Below are positions 62,838 through 64,000 of a stretch of DNA of 64,000 bases, one piece after another; the first letter of the stretch is position 1, and each line of letters starts with the position of its first letter. The stretch covers positions 650,201-714,200 of the forward strand of contig NC_092679.1 of NCBI RefSeq assembly GCF_964355755.1, written 5' to 3'. The notes beneath the pieces were generated by a model. That model was not told where the DNA came from and ran no database searches. It saw only the letters and a program-made list of their open reading frames with translations. The DNA is from Antedon mediterranea (taxonomy: Eukaryota; Animalia; Echinodermata). The position numbers and the translations under genes are program-made.

Positions 62838-62953
62838 GTAAGTTTTGTCTTTTTCAAATCAAATTTTCAGAATTTTTGTGTGAATAAATTGAATTTGAAA
62901 TCAGTATTGTTAAAAAATATAGTTAATATTTGAGTTTTTTTTACCGCATTTAG

Positions 62954-63146
62954 AATGGCGGACAATGCAGTTGCAAGTTGTTTACTACAGGACGTCGCTG
63001 TGATCAATGTATAACAGGATTTTTCAACTTACAAGCCAGCAATGCCAACGGATGCGAACCATGTACGTGTAATGCTGCTGGTACTATCAATGGGTCAACG
63101 ACCTGTCAAGTAAACGGTCAATGTACCTGTAAAGCTAATGTCATTG
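62954..63146 (+). CDS. USH2A: Usherin coding exon 10 (laminin EGF)
   Basis: NGGQCSCKLFTTGRRCDQC...GQCTCKANVI(G). Confidence 0.93.
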
Positions 63147-63458
63147 GTGAGTGTGTAACCATAAGGGCTATATTAAGGTCAAGAAAAAACAAAATATTAC
63201 ATGTTATAAGTGTAGGCCTGCCATTGTCATTTTCCAGAAGATGATTGTAGCCGCTAACAACGGAAACGTCGAGACATTCTCAACCATACTTTCGGAAACA
63301 GATGGTGTACCGCAAACTTAACTTTACTAGTGTACTATAGTTTCTGATGAGTTGAAATAAAATGCGGTTCCTTTTATTTGTTTCAATCCATTCTTAAATG
63401 GTGGGTTACTACAATTGAAATTCTAACAAATTCTAAATTTTGATCATTTTACTTAAAG

Positions 63459-63757
63459 GCGACAAGTGTGATCAATGTAACTATGGTTACTACAGCTTAA
63501 GCATCACTAATCCAGATGGGTGTACCGTCTGCTCCTGTAACGCCAACGGAGCAAGTAGCATTTACTGTGACCCTACCAACGGTCAATGCCAGTGTAGTGA
63601 CACTGTCCAAGGACAAGATTGCAATGAATGTCGAGATGGTTTCTATGGTTTAAGCAGCTCTGGCTGCTCTGTCTGTGATTGTGAAAGTGCTGGCACTGAA
63701 CCTAATACATACTGTGATAAGATTACGGGGCAATGTGTTTGTAAAATAAATACACAG
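63459..63757 (+). CDS. USH2A: Usherin coding exon 11 (laminin EGF); gene continues beyond window
   Basis: DKCDQCNYGYYSL...CDKITGQCVCKINTQ|gtaggt. Confidence 0.92.
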
Positions 63758-63770
63758 GTAGGTTTAAGTT

Positions 63771-63921
63771 CATGTCAACATTATTCTACTGCAGTTACTG
63801 CGGTAATAGTATTTACTGCAGTAAACAGTATGTATGGTTTTCTAAGCAAGGCTTGCTGTCTAATAACCAGGTTAAAAGACCAAACCAAAATGTGGTTACT
63901 GCAGTATAAACATTTTGGCAT
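63771..63921. mobile_element. Small TIR element with TACTGCAGT motifs (fragments also at about 24240 and 35415)
   Basis: ATGTCAACATTATTCTACTGCAGT...ACTGCAGTATAAACATTTTGGCAT imperfect inverted ends. Confidence 0.55.
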
Positions 63922-64000
63922 TATACTTTGGTATTGTTACCACTGGGTCCCTTATTTTGTATGTTACAACACACTTATCTACCCTCTTGTAGGCCTAGAG

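Noticed and set aside
63993-64000. Start of the next usherin exon at tgtag|GCCTAGAG
   Set aside because: The upstream donor is phase 0, giving GCC TAG (stop); the sequence is just the recurrent TAGGCCTA motif.

Overview
AT-rich, intron-rich animal (eukaryotic) genomic DNA, probably an invertebrate deuterostome such as an echinoderm (inference from gene content and repeat families, not proven). It is not prokaryotic, and there is no CRISPR array. Three spliced genes can be reconstructed by eye. (1) The 5' coding exons of NDUFAF5 (mitochondrial complex I arginine hydroxylase, minus strand, 15.6-16.4 kb), with a probable uORF-rich leader exon at about 23.1-23.3 kb. (2) A complete 7-exon BAHD1-like gene (BAH-domain heterochromatin protein, minus strand, 55912->26981). 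(3) The first 11 coding exons of usherin/USH2A (plus strand, from about 57.8 kb, running off the window), head-to-head with BAHD1. Introns and intergenic DNA hold two decayed LINEs, tRNA-derived SINEs, many small non-autonomous DNA transposons (PIF/Harbinger-, hAT-, Tc1/pogo- and Helentron-like) and more than 12 minisatellites. The most notable patterns are: pervasive TACWGTA motifs that look like Tc1/mariner excision footprints, with two direct ancestral/derived comparisons inside the window; several minisatellites grown from transposon termini; a tandem hairpin array next to a splice donor; and a spliced uORF whose stop codon abuts the NDUFAF5 start codon. All coordinates and counts are manual.
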